64,000 nucleotides of DNA from an uncultured Roseobacteraceae bacterium (lineage in GTDB: Bacteria; Pseudomonadota; Alphaproteobacteria; Rhodobacterales; Rhodobacteraceae), in assembly GCA_964022435.1 (NCBI GenBank), contig CAXIAL010000009.1, positions 5,659 through 69,658 of the forward strand. Reading direction: 5' to 3'. Positions 1 through 12,701 of the stretch are shown in pieces. Within the stretch, counting starts at the first letter, position 1, and every line of letters begins with the position of its first letter. Under the pieces are notes generated by a model. It was not told where the DNA came from. It saw only the letters and a list, made by a program, of their open reading frames with translations, and did not search any database. The position numbers and the translations under genes are program-made.

Positions 1-26
1 GATCACATCATTAAGGAGCCGACCTA

Positions 27-1073
27 ATGTTCTTCGCATCCGACAACGCAGGCCCCGCGCATCCATCCGTCATGCAAGCCCTAATGGACGCCAACACGGG
101 ATACCAATCCGGCTATGGCGCGGACACGTTAATGGACGACGTGCGCGGCATGGTGCGCGACATGTTTGAGGCCCCAGAGGCCGCCGTTTTCCTGACCGCC
201 ACAGGCACCGCTGCGAACGCGATCCTTTTGGCAACCATGGCAAATCCATGGGACACGATCTTTTGCTCCCCCATGGCCCATATCCACGAAGATGAATGCA
301 ACGCGCCCGAATTCTATACTGGTGCAAAGCTGACTTTGGTGCCTGCTGAAAACGCCAAAATGACACCAGCCACTCTCAAATCCGCAATTGAGGCCGAAGA
401 GTCCCGCGGCGTGCACGGCCCGCAACGCGGCCCCGTTTCCATCACGCAAGTGACCGAAAAAGGCACAGTTCACAGCCTCAACGAATTGCGTGCCCTCACC
501 AAAACAGCCCATGATTTCGGCTGCAGAACCCACCTCGATGGGGCTCGGTTCAGCAATGCGCTGGTTTCCTTGGGCTGCTCGGCCGCCGACATGACGTGGA
601 AATCCGGCATTGATACGGTTAGCTTCGGCGGCACGAAAAACGGCCTGATGGGCGTAGAGGCCTGCGTGATTTTTGATCCCGACCTTGCGTGGGAATTTGA
701 ACTGCGGCGCAAACGCGGCGGGCACCTGTTTTCCAAACACCGCTACCTGTCGGCCCAAATGAAAGCCTACCTCACCGACAACCTCTGGCACGATCTGGCG
801 ACTGCGGCCAACAGCAACTGCAAACGGCTCGCCGACGGGCTTCGTGCCCATGCACCCGCAAAATTCCTGTTCGAGCCCGACGCCAACATGATTTTCGTCG
901 ACCTTCCGCGCCGCGATCACAAGCGGCTACTCGACGCAGGTGCAAATTACTACGTTTGGAACGGCGACCCACAGACTGGCGATCCCGCCGAGTTGCTGAC
1001 AGCCCGCCTTGTCACCGATTGGGCGCAAACCGACGCGGCGATCGACCAATTCATCGACGTCCTGCACGGCTAA
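27..1073 (+). CDS. ltaE: Low-specificity L-threonine aldolase (PLP-dependent)
   Basis: 348 aa; N-terminal FASDN, HLDGARF and SFGGTKNG (PLP lysine) motifs; AAGGAG RBS upstream. Confidence 0.9.
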   Translation: MFFASDNAGPAHPSVMQALMDANTGYQSGYGADTLMDDVRGMVRDMFEAPEAAVFLTATGTAANAILLATMANPWDTIFCSPMAHIHEDECNAPEFYTGAKLTLVPAENAKMTPATLKSAIEAEESRGVHGPQRGPVSITQVTEKGTVHSLNELRALTKTAHDFGCRTHLDGARFSNALVSLGCSAADMTWKSGIDTVSFGGTKNGLMGVEACVIFDPDLAWEFELRRKRGGHLFSKHRYLSAQMKAYLTDNLWHDLATAANSNCKRLADGLRAHAPAKFLFEPDANMIFVDLPRRDHKRLLDAGANYYVWNGDPQTGDPAELLTARLVTDWAQTDAAIDQFIDVLHG

Positions 1074-1118
1074 CTTCTTCTGGCCCTAAATACCTCGGGG
1101 GTCAGGGGGCTGGCCCCC
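1074..1118 (+). repeat. REP-like intergenic element, copy A
   Basis: CTTCTTCTGGCCCTAAATACCTCGGGGGTCAGGGGGCTGGCCCCC; the core AAATAY-YYC-GGGG(G)-TC-N-GGGG(G)-CTG(G)-CCCC recurs at 55719-55763 (-) and 61197-61242 (+); fills the gap between two convergent stop codons. Confidence 0.8.
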
Positions 1119-1718
1119 TTAAACTTGCCCGCCAAGCACGGCATCCAAATCGTCGAGGCGATCTTGTCCCCACAAACGCTCATCCTGATCGGTGATAAAG
1201 AACGGCGCGCCAAACACACCGCGCCGCACTGCTTCCTCTAAATTGGACGCAAAGGTTTCAGCGCCGGTCAGCAGACCACTATCAGCAAGCGCAGGGTCGA
1301 AACCGGCGCCCTCCAGACAGGCACGGATCACATCGTCTTGGGCGATATCACGGTCCTCAGCCCAGCACGCGGCGCCAAAGCTATGCACAAGCTTTCCTAA
1401 ATCACCGCCGCCCGCATTCTGCGCGGCAATCACGGCATAGCCCGCAGGCGCGCTATTGGTCGGCCAATGGGCAGGGCTCAGGTTCAGTGGCAAATCCGCA
1501 ATCGCGGCACGGCGGCGCATGTCTTGCAGGCGGTATTCCTGACGGTTCGGGTGGCGATCCTTCGGGGGTACTCCGCCCGTCCGCGCAAACAGTGCCATGA
1601 TGTCGAACGGCTTATATGTGATCGTCGCGTCATGCTTTACCGCGATCTCTTCGACGCGTGTGCCGTTCAAATAGGTGAATGGGGAAAGCGAGGAAAAGAA
1701 ATAGTCGATATGAGGCAT
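1119..1718 (-). CDS. 2-hydroxychromene-2-carboxylate isomerase / DsbA-like kappa GST family protein
   Basis: 199 aa; IDYFFSSLSPFTY N-terminus and GVFGAPFF...LWGQDRLD C-terminus. Confidence 0.85.
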   Translation of the reverse strand: MPHIDYFFSSLSPFTYLNGTRVEEIAVKHDATITYKPFDIMALFARTGGVPPKDRHPNRQEYRLQDMRRRAAIADLPLNLSPAHWPTNSAPAGYAVIAAQNAGGGDLGKLVHSFGAACWAEDRDIAQDDVIRACLEGAGFDPALADSGLLTGAETFASNLEEAVRRGVFGAPFFITDQDERLWGQDRLDDLDAVLGGQV

Positions 1719-1822
1719 TTTCGGGCTCCGTCATGGTGCTGTTTGTTTGCCAGACCGTAGCGGTGTGTTAACCCATGTCAACGTCGCGATTCTCTGCACC
1801 TTCTGCCAAAGGACCACTCCCC

Positions 1823-2839
1823 ATGCCAAATCTGAACGAGCCCAAGCTGATCTCTGGGAACGCCAACCAACCACTGGCAACCGCCGTCGCCCGCCGCATG
1901 TCGATGCACCGCGGGTTGGACCTTGGGCTTGTCGATGCGCGTGTAGAACGGTTTAACGATGGCGAGATTTTCGTCGAGGTTTATGAAAACGTCCGCGGCG
2001 AAGACATGTACATCATGCAGCCAACATCCAATCCTGCCAACGACAACTTGATGGAACTGCTGATCATCGCCGATGCGTTGCGCCGGTCATCCGCGGCCCG
2101 TATCACCGCCGTGATCCCCTATTTCGGCTATGCCCGCCAAGACCGCCGGTCCAAGGCCCGCACGCCGATCACTGCCAAGCTGGTTGCGAACATGATGGTC
2201 GAGGCTGGTATTGAACGCATCCTGACACTCGACTTGCACGCGACCCAGATCCAAGGCTTTTTCGACATTCCAGTGGATAACCTTTATGCCTCCCCAGTGT
2301 TCGCGCTCGACGTGATGCACCACTTTAAGGGCAACATGGAAGACGTGATGGTTGTGTCCCCTGACGTGGGCGGCGTGGCCCGCGCGCGTGACTTGGCGCA
2401 GCGGATCGGCGCACCATTGTCCATCGTCGACAAACGCCGCGGCAAGCCCGGTGAAGTCGCTGAAATGACCGTGATCGGCGATGTGAAAGACCGCGTTTGC
2501 CTGATCGTGGATGACATCGTCGACACGGCTGGCACGCTGTGTAAGGCGGCAGAGGTCCTAATGGAACATGGTGCCAAGGAAGTGCATTCCTACATTACCC
2601 ACGGCGTGTTGTCCGGCCCTGCGATTGAACGGGTCAGCAATTCTGTAATGAAGAACCTTGTGATCACCGACACGATCCAAGCGACAGATGCGGTCACCGC
2701 TTGCCCGAACATCCGCATCGTGCCAACCGCGCCGATGTTCGCCCAAGCGATCCTGAACACTTGGAACGGCACATCCGTGTCATCCCTGTTCGATCATAAA
2801 ACGCTCGGCCCGATCTACGAAGGCATGTATCAGTCTTAA
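1823..2839 (+). CDS. prs: Ribose-phosphate pyrophosphokinase
   Basis: [23 protein letters not shown] and DDIVDTAGT motifs; start moved to ATG 1823 (AAAGGA RBS). Confidence 0.95.
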   Translation: MPNLNEPKLISGNANQPLATAVARRMSMHRGLDLGLVDARVERFNDGEIFVEVYENVRGEDMYIMQPTSNPANDNLMELLIIADALRRSSAARITAVIPYFGYARQDRRSKARTPITAKLVANMMVEAGIERILTLDLHATQIQGFFDIPVDNLYASPVFALDVMHHFKGNMEDVMVVSPDVGGVARARDLAQRIGAPLSIVDKRRGKPGEVAEMTVIGDVKDRVCLIVDDIVDTAGTLCKAAEVLMEHGAKEVHSYITHGVLSGPAIERVSNSVMKNLVITDTIQATDAVTACPNIRIVPTAPMFAQAILNTWNGTSVSSLFDHKTLGPIYEGMYQS

Positions 2840-3183
2840 AGTTCCCAGATATCATCGGCCTGCACAGGGCCGATGGACTGCCATGCAACACGGCAGCGGG
2901 CGACTTGGATGTCGCCCCAAGTGCGAAACACAATTTCGAAACCCTCAGGCGTAATGTTTTCGGCCTGCACATCAACACGTGTATTTACGTTGTTGGACAT
3001 ATCCAGCATGGACACAGACACATAAACACTCGGTGCTGATTTGTAATGTTCTGAATAGCTTACTGGAACGCGAGATTGGCGGGGGCCTTCGCCGGTCCAC
3101 ATTTGTCCATCGTGCTAAAAATCTGAAAACAGGACCACATCGCCTTGGTCGATCCCGATGACATTATTATCTAAAGTGCGCAT
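2836..3183 (-). pseudogene. H-type lectin domain protein interrupted by an in-frame TAG
   Basis: Frame reads MRTLDNNVIGIDQGDVVLFSDF*HDGQMWTGEGPRQ...FRTWGD...WQSIG; TAG is codon 23 (3115-3117); the ORF track gives only the 88-aa fragment from ATG 3102. Confidence 0.75.
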
Positions 3184-3253
3184 TCTGACTGCTCGGTTCT
3201 TCAAATTCGGATTCGCTCTAGCATGGATAGGCCAAAAATTGCCGTAAGGTAAG

Positions 3254-3298
3254 AAAAAAGGGCCCTGCATTTCTGCAGAGCCCCTTCTATCTTTTTTT
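3254..3298 (-). terminator. Intrinsic terminator of the atp operon (possibly bidirectional)
   Basis: Stem GGGC(C)CTGCA-TTTC-TGCAG(A)GCCC flanked by an A6 tract (3254-3259) and a T7 tract (3292-3298). Confidence 0.7.
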
Positions 3299-3310
3299 GC
3301 GAATTGACGC

Positions 3311-3733
3311 TTAGTCGTCGCTTAGACCAATGTGACCACCCATGGCGACCATATCGGAAATCAGCTTGGCTGCGTCATCAACAGGACCTGGTTCGTTTTC
3401 GAACACTTCCTTTGCGTTGTTCATCGCAGCACGCGCTTCAGCGATCATCTTGGAATAGACTTCTTGCGTCATCTCTGCGCGTGGCAGCGCCTGTTCAGCA
3501 AGAACAGAAACGCCAGTTGCAGTGATTTCAGCAAAGCCACCAGACACGACATATTCATCGGTCCCGCCGCTGTGCACGACCCGCAGCAGACCTGGGCGCA
3601 ATGTGGTGATGGTTGGCGCGTGGCCTTCCATTGCCGTCATGTCGCCGTCGGCGCCAGGGATTTGCACTTCGCTCGCCTCTACCGACGCCAGACGGCGTTC
3701 GGGAGAGACCAGATCGAATTGAACGTTTGCCAT
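3311..3733 (-). CDS. atpC: F1 ATP synthase epsilon subunit
   Basis: 140 aa; [20 protein letters not shown]; last gene of the atp operon. Confidence 0.95.
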   Translation of the reverse strand: MANVQFDLVSPERRLASVEASEVQIPGADGDMTAMEGHAPTITTLRPGLLRVVHSGGTDEYVVSGGFAEITATGVSVLAEQALPRAEMTQEVYSKMIAEARAAMNNAKEVFENEPGPVDDAAKLISDMVAMGGHIGLSDD

Positions 3734-3746
3734 GTGTTAGGCCTCC

Positions 3747-6063
<2,317 letters not shown>

Positions 6064-6093
6064 TAGCTAAGTCTCCTTCTCTTAGGAAAGGGT

Positions 6094-7629
6094 TCAGGCG
6101 AAATCTTTTGCGAATGCGTCGATCGCAGCTTTGATTTTGTCTTCTGCCTCACCTTTGATCTTTGGATCGTCCTTGGTGATCATGTCGAGCACGTCTTTTG
6201 CGTTTGTGCGCAGGTGCTTGAGCAGGCCAGCTTCGAAACGGCCAACGTCTTTGACGTCAACTGCATCCAAGTAACCTTTTGTACCAGCGTAGATCACGCA
6301 GACGATTTCGGCGTTGGTCAGTGGTGAATACTGTGGCTGTTTCATCAGCTCAGTCAAACGTGCACCACGGTTCAGCAATGCTTGGGTAGATGCATCAAGA
6401 TCGGAACCGAACTGCGCAAACGCAGCCATTTCACGATACTGAGCAAGCTCAAGTTTAACTGGACCAGCAACAGATTTCATCGCGTTTGTTTGCGCAGCAG
6501 AACCAACGCGGGAAACGGACAGACCTGTGTTCACAGCTGGGCGGATACCTTGGAAGAACAATTCTGTTTCCAAGAAGATCTGACCATCGGTGATCGAAAT
6601 CACGTTTGTTGGAATAAACGCAGAAACGTCGCCACCTTGTGTTTCAATGATCGGCAGCGCCGTCAAAGAACCGGAACCGTTGTCTTCGTTCAGTTTCGCA
6701 GAACGCTCGAGCAGACGGGAGTGAAGGTAGAAAACGTCACCTGGATAAGCTTCACGTCCTGGTGGGCGACGCAGAAGCAAGGACATCTGACGATAAGAAA
6801 CCGCTTGCTTGGAAAGGTCATCATAGATGATCAGCGCGTGGCGGCCGTTGTCGCGGAAGTGTTCAGCCATCGCAGTCGCAGCATATGGTGCGAGGAACTG
6901 CATTGGAGCTGGATCAGAAGCAGTCGCAGCAACCACGATTGAATATTCAATCGCGCCGGACTCTTCGAGTTTCTTAACCAACTGCGCAACTGTGGAACGC
7001 TTTTGGCCGATCGCAACGTAAACACAGTAAAGCTTTTCGCCTTCTGTCTTCGCAGCATCGTTATAGGATTTCTGGTTCAGGATCGTGTCGAGCGCGATCG
7101 CTGTTTTACCAGTCTGACGGTCACCAATGATCAATTCGCGCTGACCACGGCCAACTGGGATCATGGAGTCAACGGACTTCAGGCCAGTCGCCATTGGTTC
7201 GTGAACAGATTTGCGTGGGATAATGCCAGGCGCCTTAGAGTCAGCAACAGCACGTGTCTTTGTTTTGATCGGGCCTTTGCCGTCCAGCGGGTTACCCAGA
7301 CCGTCAACAACGCGACCAAGCAGTTCATCACCAACAGGAACGTCCACGATAGAGTTGGTGCGCTTAACAACGTCACCTTCTTTAATGTCACGGTCGGAAC
7401 CAAAGATAACAACACCAACGTTGTCAGCTTCGAGGTTCAAGGCCATGCCGCGGATACCACCGGGGAATTCAACCATTTCACCGGCTTGGACATTGTCCAG
7501 CCCGTAAACACGCGCAATACCGTCACCGACGGACAATACGCGGCCAACTTCGGCCACTTCGGCTTCTTGGCCAAAGTTTTTGATCTGGTCCTTCAGGATC
7601 GCAGAAATTTCAGACGCTTGGATCGCCAT
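6094..7629 (-). CDS. atpA: F1 ATP synthase alpha subunit
   Basis: GDRQTGKT Walker [22 protein letters not shown]. Confidence 0.98.
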   Translation of the reverse strand: MAIQASEISAILKDQIKNFGQEAEVAEVGRVLSVGDGIARVYGLDNVQAGEMVEFPGGIRGMALNLEADNVGVVIFGSDRDIKEGDVVKRTNSIVDVPVGDELLGRVVDGLGNPLDGKGPIKTKTRAVADSKAPGIIPRKSVHEPMATGLKSVDSMIPVGRGQRELIIGDRQTGKTAIALDTILNQKSYNDAAKTEGEKLYCVYVAIGQKRSTVAQLVKKLEESGAIEYSIVVAATASDPAPMQFLAPYAATAMAEHFRDNGRHALIIYDDLSKQAVSYRQMSLLLRRPPGREAYPGDVFYLHSRLLERSAKLNEDNGSGSLTALPIIETQGGDVSAFIPTNVISITDGQIFLETELFFQGIRPAVNTGLSVSRVGSAAQTNAMKSVAGPVKLELAQYREMAAFAQFGSDLDASTQALLNRGARLTELMKQPQYSPLTNAEIVCVIYAGTKGYLDAVDVKDVGRFEAGLLKHLRTNAKDVLDMITKDDPKIKGEAEDKIKAAIDAFAKDFA

Positions 7630-7630
7630 G

Positions 7631-8197
7631 TTATCCGACCTCTTTCATTGTGTTCTGGAGTGCGTTGAGCTTGGATTTGATCGACGTGTCGATCATCTTC
7701 GAGCCCACTTTTACAATAAGACCGCCGATGATTGTCTCATCCACGGTCGCTTTGATCTTCACATCGGCGCCAACTTGCGCCTTGAGTGTCGTTGCCAGCT
7801 TGTCAGACTGCGCCTTTGTCAGCGCCTTGGCAGATGTCACTTCGGCGGTTACTTCGCCTTTGTGTTCTGCAATCTGTGCCCGCAGCGTGGACACCAGCTG
7901 TGGCAAAACAAACAAACGACGCTTGGACGCCATAAGCGCCAATACATTGCTTGTCGTCTCGGACAGCTTCATTTTCTTTGCAACAGCGCCAATCGCTACA
8001 CCTTGTTCTTCACGGCTATAGAGCGGTGAAGTCAAAAGCGTTTGCAGCTCAGCGCTATCCGCCATTACGGCGTCGAGTGCATCTACGTCTTTTTCAAGAC
8101 CAGCAATCGCCTTACCTTCTTTGGCAAGGTCAAACACAGCTGACGCATAACGTGCAGCGATGCCTGTGGAAATTCCTATTGTTTCGGACACGTCCAC
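7631..8197 (-). CDS. atpH: F1 ATP synthase delta subunit
   Basis: [25 protein letters not shown]; GTG start at 8197 or 8191. Confidence 0.95.
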   Translation of the reverse strand: MDVSETIGISTGIAARYASAVFDLAKEGKAIAGLEKDVDALDAVMADSAELQTLLTSPLYSREEQGVAIGAVAKKMKLSETTSNVLALMASKRRLFVLPQLVSTLRAQIAEHKGEVTAEVTSAKALTKAQSDKLATTLKAQVGADVKIKATVDETIIGGLIVKVGSKMIDTSIKSKLNALQNTMKEVG

Positions 8198-8431
8198 CCT
8201 TCCGATGTCTAGGGCCCGCCTCGACCGCCGGACTATCCGACGAAAGATGGGCTAGCTTACACACACCTATGCAGTACGCGTAGGCGGCAAAATCAGCGCC
8301 GATGTAACAGAGCATTTCAGCTGTCGCAACCGCCTTGCGCCCTCAAATTGATGCCTTTTGTCGCATGTCTGAAAGATGGAATTGCCAGAACCGTCGGCCT
8401 GACCCAGTCCTTCACCCGCACAAGCCAATCA

Positions 8432-8446
8432 TTAAAGCCGTGTTAA
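8432..8446. promoter_or_regulatory. CtrA-like binding site (TTAA-N7-TTAA)
   Basis: TTAA-AGCCGTG-TTAA, exact match to the alphaproteobacterial CtrA consensus, in an AT-rich intergenic region. Confidence 0.45.
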
Positions 8447-8624
8447 TGTGTTTTGTTTGTTGCAGATTCCTGCATGTGGCGCGTCAATTCCAGTCATCAT
8501 TTGCAAAAATACCACCAGCAGTTGCTGACACGCAAATGACTGTAAATTTCCTTACAATTCATGGCTGAATTTTCTGACTACACGGATTCTGTCGCGATTC
8601 CGGCGAATCTGCTCCCAATGGCGG

Positions 8625-9377
8625 TCAGCTGCGGCTTGCTGTCTCTGGTGATGCCGTGATCCCCTCAAGCGCGCGCAGCGGCCGCTTTACCATAGAGGTT
8701 AGCCCCGGCCGCGTTGGGGCCACCATCCGCTTGGTTGCCTCTACCATCAACACCCCGCCCGCGACGACAACCGGCAGGTTGTGACCCACCTTTTCCATCA
8801 GCCCCGCAGTTTTCCGCCAAAACCGATTGTGCGATGGTGGTTGGTAAAGCGTGGACAGCGATTTTTCTGTGACAAACTGGTGCTTGCGCAACTGCGTTTC
8901 GAGCTGCCCGACCGAATAGGGGCGGCCAAAGCCAAACGGCGTCTTATCCGACCGCGACCAAAGCCCCGCGCGATTGGGCACAATAAACATCACGCGCCCG
9001 CCGGGCCCTAAGACGCGCCAAATTTCATCCAGCAAGGCCGAGGGATTGTCAGAAGTTTCCAACCCATGCATGACAACCAGCTTATCCACCTGCCCTGTTT
9101 CCACAGGCCAAATCGTTTCTTCGCATAAGACACTGACATTCGACTGGCCCGCAGGCCACGGCATCACGCCTTGCGGACCGGGCATCAATCCCATCACCCG
9201 CCGCGCTGATCCCAAATAGGGCCGTAACAAGGGCACCGCAAAGCCGAACCCTGCAACAGTCTGCCCCTTGGCTTCTGGCCACATCTGAACCAGCTCGTCA
9301 CGGATCACCTTTTGGGCGGCCCGCCCAAGCGCACTGCGATAATAGAAATTGCGCAAATCTAGAACATCAAGATGCAT
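8625..9377 (-). CDS. Class I SAM-dependent methyltransferase (type 11), divergent from gloB
   Basis: 250 aa; [19 protein letters not shown]; usual gloB-adjacent arrangement. Confidence 0.8.
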   Translation of the reverse strand: MHLDVLDLRNFYYRSALGRAAQKVIRDELVQMWPEAKGQTVAGFGFAVPLLRPYLGSARRVMGLMPGPQGVMPWPAGQSNVSVLCEETIWPVETGQVDKLVVMHGLETSDNPSALLDEIWRVLGPGGRVMFIVPNRAGLWSRSDKTPFGFGRPYSVGQLETQLRKHQFVTEKSLSTLYQPPSHNRFWRKTAGLMEKVGHNLPVVVAGGVLMVEATKRMVAPTRPGLTSMVKRPLRALEGITASPETASRS

Positions 9378-9439
9378 TGCAGTCGGCTCTCCTTTGGGCG
9401 AAGCTTGGGGTCACCTTAGCAAGACAGGACCGAAATGCC

Positions 9440-10207
9440 ATGACCCTTACGCTCACAACTGTGCTCTGCCTTGTCGATAACTATGCGTTCATCATTGGGA
9501 ACCCTGAAACCCGCGAGGCCGCGGTAATCGACGTGCCAGAAGCCGCGCCGATCAACGCTGCCCTCGCCGCCGACAATTGGACACTAACCACAGTAATCTT
9601 GACCCACCACCATCACGACCATGTGCAAGGTCTGGACGGTCTGACAGGCCGCGAAAGCCTGCATGTGATCGGTGCCAAAGCCGACGCAGGCCGCCTGCCC
9701 CCGCTCGACACCGCCGTGACCGAGGGTGACAACATCACAGTCTGCGGCGAGGACGCCACGATCTTTGACGTCTCCGGCCATACGATCAACCACATCGCAA
9801 TCCATTTCGCCACCAGCGGCTATGCGTTCACCGCCGACAGCCTGATGGCGCTGGGATGTGGCCGCCTGTTCGAAGGCACGCCAGACCAGATGTGGGACAG
9901 CATGTTGAAATTACGCGCCCTGCCGCCTGAAACCATCATTTGTTCCGGCCACGAATACACGCAAAGCAACGCTGCATTTGCGGCAACCATTGAACCCGAC
10001 AACGCGGACCTTACCTCCAGGATAGCTGCCATCACGGCGGCCCGTGCAGCAGGGGAACCCACAGTGCCATCATCCCTTGATCTGGAAATGCGCACCAACC
10101 CGTTCCTGCGCGCCGACGATCCGGCGCTCAAGGCGGCAATCGGCATGACAGGTGCCAGCAACGCCGCCGTTTTCGCCGAAATCAGGGGTCGCAAAGACAG
10201 ATTTTGA
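9440..10207 (+). CDS. gloB: Hydroxyacylglutathione hydrolase (glyoxalase II)
   Basis: DNY, THHHHDH, GHT, GCGRLFEG, GHEYT, TNPFLR motifs. Confidence 0.93.
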   Translation: MTLTLTTVLCLVDNYAFIIGNPETREAAVIDVPEAAPINAALAADNWTLTTVILTHHHHDHVQGLDGLTGRESLHVIGAKADAGRLPPLDTAVTEGDNITVCGEDATIFDVSGHTINHIAIHFATSGYAFTADSLMALGCGRLFEGTPDQMWDSMLKLRALPPETIICSGHEYTQSNAAFAATIEPDNADLTSRIAAITAARAAGEPTVPSSLDLEMRTNPFLRADDPALKAAIGMTGASNAAVFAEIRGRKDRF

Positions 10208-10279
10208 TGCGCCCGTCCGGCAAAACACAAAATAACTACCGATTTCACGCGAAAAGTGATCGGAAATGACAAAAAAGTC

Positions 10280-10308
10280 CTTGAAGCTTGGGCAATAAAA
10301 CCAAACTT
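10280..10308 (+). promoter_or_regulatory. Possible RpoH-type promoter of clpA
   Basis: CTTG at 10280, 17-nt spacer, then CCAAACT; partial match to the alphaproteobacterial RpoH consensus CTTG-N17-CCTATNT. Confidence 0.3.
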
Positions 10309-10382
10309 TAAGAGGTAAGAGGCCACAGTTGGACGTGATGCCCTGCGCAGCACCCAACCCGATCTGTAAAGGAGCACACAAA

Positions 10383-12701
10383 GTGCCATCTTTTTCGACC
10401 ACACTCGAGCAAGCCATCCACGGTGCATTGGCGCTCGCCAACGCGCGCAAGCATGAATTGGCCACGCTTGAACATCTTCTCCTCTCGCTCATTGATGAAC
10501 CGGATGCCGCCCGCGTGATGCAGGCTTGTTCCGTCAATCTGGACGAGTTGCGCAAAGACTTGGATGATTTCATCGAAGAAGAGCTGTCCACATTGGTAAC
10601 CGATGTCGAAGGGTCCGAAGCCGTGCCAACGGCCGCCTTCCAACGCGTGATCCAACGTGCGGCGATCCACGTGCAATCCTCTGGCCGGACAGAAGTGACC
10701 GGTGCCAATGTGCTTGTCGCCATTTTCGCCGAACGCGAAAGCAACGCGGCCTTCTTTTTGCAAGAACAAGACATGACCCGCTATGACGCGGTGAACTTCA
10801 TCGCGCACGGTGTTGCCAAAGACCCCGCATTCGGTGAAAGCCGCCCAGTGACCGGATCATCCGATGAAGCTGAAGAATTCACCAATACAGAAGGCGAAGT
10901 CAAAGAAAGCGCGCTGGCCAAATATTGCGTTGATCTGAACGTCAAAGCCAAAGAAGGCGACGTTGATCCATTGATCGGGCGCGCCCACGAGGTGGAACGC
11001 TGCATTCAGGTGCTTTGCCGCCGCCGCAAGAACAACCCACTTTTGGTGGGTGATCCGGGCGTAGGTAAAACCGCCATCGCCGAAGGTCTCGCCTTCAAAA
11101 TCGTGAACGGCGACACGCCAGAGGTATTGTCCGAAACCACAATCTTTAGCCTCGACATGGGTGCGCTGCTGGCTGGCACACGCTACCGCGGTGATTTTGA
11201 GGAACGCCTGAAGGCAGTGATGACCGAAATGGAAGATCACGACAATGCTGTGCTTTTCATCGACGAAATCCACACAGTCATCGGCGCTGGTGCCACATCT
11301 GGCGGCGCGATGGATGCATCCAACCTGCTGAAACCTGCGTTGCAGGGCGGCAAATTGCGTTGCATGGGGTCCACGACTTATAAAGAATTCCGTCAGCATT
11401 TTGAAAAAGACCGCGCCTTGGCCCGTCGTTTTCAGAAAATCGACGTGAACGAACCATCCGTCGAAGATGCGGTGAAGATCCTGCGCGGGTTGAAGCCATA
11501 TTTCGAAGAACACCACGGCATCAAATACACCGCCGACGCTGTGCGCACGGCCGTGGAATTGTCCGCGCGCTATATCAACGACCGCAAATTGCCCGATAAG
11601 GCGATTGATGTGATCGACGAGGCGGGCGCGGCCCAACATCTGGTCCCAGAATCCAAACGCCGCAAAACCATCGGCGTCAAAGAGATCGAGGCCGTCGTCG
11701 CCAAAATCGCGCGCATCCCGCCAAAAAATGTGACGAAAGACGATGCAGAGGTGCTCAAGGATCTGGAAACCTCGCTCAAACGCGTGGTCTTTGGTCAGGA
11801 CACCGCGATCGAGGCATTGTCATCCGCCATCAAACTGGCCCGTGCGGGCCTGCGCGAACCGGAAAAGCCGATTGGCAACTACCTGTTCGCCGGCCCAACC
11901 GGTGTAGGTAAAACAGAGGTCGCAAAACAGCTCGCCGATACGCTTGGTGTTGAACTGATGCGTTTTGATATGTCCGAATACATGGAAAAACACGCGGTCA
12001 GCCGTTTGATCGGCGCGCCTCCGGGCTACGTCGGGTTTGATCAGGGCGGCATGCTGACCGATGGGATCGACCAGAACCCGCATTGCGTGCTGCTGCTTGA
12101 TGAAATGGAAAAGGCACATCCGGATGTTTACAACATTCTGTTGCAGGTCATGGACCACGGTAAATTGACCGACCACAACGGCCGGACAACCGATTTCCGC
12201 AATGTCATCATCATCATGACGTCGAACGCTGGTGCGTCCGAGCTTGGTAAAAACGCCATGGGCTTTGGCCGTGAAACACGCGAAGGCGAAGACATCGCCG
12301 CGATTGAGCGCACGTTCACCCCCGAATTCCGCAACCGTCTGGATGCGATCATCAGCTTTGGTGCACTGCCGAAACCTGTGATCCGTCAAGTTGTCGAAAA
12401 ATTCGTGCTTCAGCTAGAGGCGCAGCTGATCGACCGCAACGTGCATATCGAAATCACCACCAAAGCCGCCGAATGGCTGGGTGACAAAGGCTATGATGCG
12501 AAAATGGGCGCGCGTCCGTTGGGACGCGTGATCCAAGAACACATTAAAAAGCCATTGGCCGAAGAACTGTTGTTCGGCAAACTGGTCAAAGGTGGTTTGG
12601 TCAAGGTCGGCGTCAAAAATGGCGAGCTGCATCTGACCTATGAAGAGCCCGCGCAAGCCCGCATTAGCGGTGACAAGCCGCCCCTTCTGACGGCGGAATA
12701 A
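10383..12701 (+). CDS. clpA: ATP-dependent Clp protease ATP-binding subunit ClpA
   Basis: Two AAA+ modules ([16 protein letters not shown]), [19 protein letters not shown]; GTG start at 10383 after AAAGGAG. Confidence 0.95.
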   Translation: MPSFSTTLEQAIHGALALANARKHELATLEHLLLSLIDEPDAARVMQACSVNLDELRKDLDDFIEEELSTLVTDVEGSEAVPTAAFQRVIQRAAIHVQSSGRTEVTGANVLVAIFAERESNAAFFLQEQDMTRYDAVNFIAHGVAKDPAFGESRPVTGSSDEAEEFTNTEGEVKESALAKYCVDLNVKAKEGDVDPLIGRAHEVERCIQVLCRRRKNNPLLVGDPGVGKTAIAEGLAFKIVNGDTPEVLSETTIFSLDMGALLAGTRYRGDFEERLKAVMTEMEDHDNAVLFIDEIHTVIGAGATSGGAMDASNLLKPALQGGKLRCMGSTTYKEFRQHFEKDRALARRFQKIDVNEPSVEDAVKILRGLKPYFEEHHGIKYTADAVRTAVELSARYINDRKLPDKAIDVIDEAGAAQHLVPESKRRKTIGVKEIEAVVAKIARIPPKNVTKDDAEVLKDLETSLKRVVFGQDTAIEALSSAIKLARAGLREPEKPIGNYLFAGPTGVGKTEVAKQLADTLGVELMRFDMSEYMEKHAVSRLIGAPPGYVGFDQGGMLTDGIDQNPHCVLLLDEMEKAHPDVYNILLQVMDHGKLTDHNGRTTDFRNVIIIMTSNAGASELGKNAMGFGRETREGEDIAAIERTFTPEFRNRLDAIISFGALPKPVIRQVVEKFVLQLEAQLIDRNVHIEITTKAAEWLGDKGYDAKMGARPLGRVIQEHIKKPLAEELLFGKLVKGGLVKVGVKNGELHLTYEEPAQARISGDKPPLLTAE

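Noticed and set aside
3115-3117. Amber codon as pyrrolysine recoding
   Set aside because: No pyl genes in the window, the lysS here is an ordinary class I LysRS, and a one-base GAG>TAG change explains it more simply
8335-8568. 77-aa ORF in the atpH upstream gap
   Set aside because: No clear RBS, atypical composition, and it overlaps likely regulatory sequence
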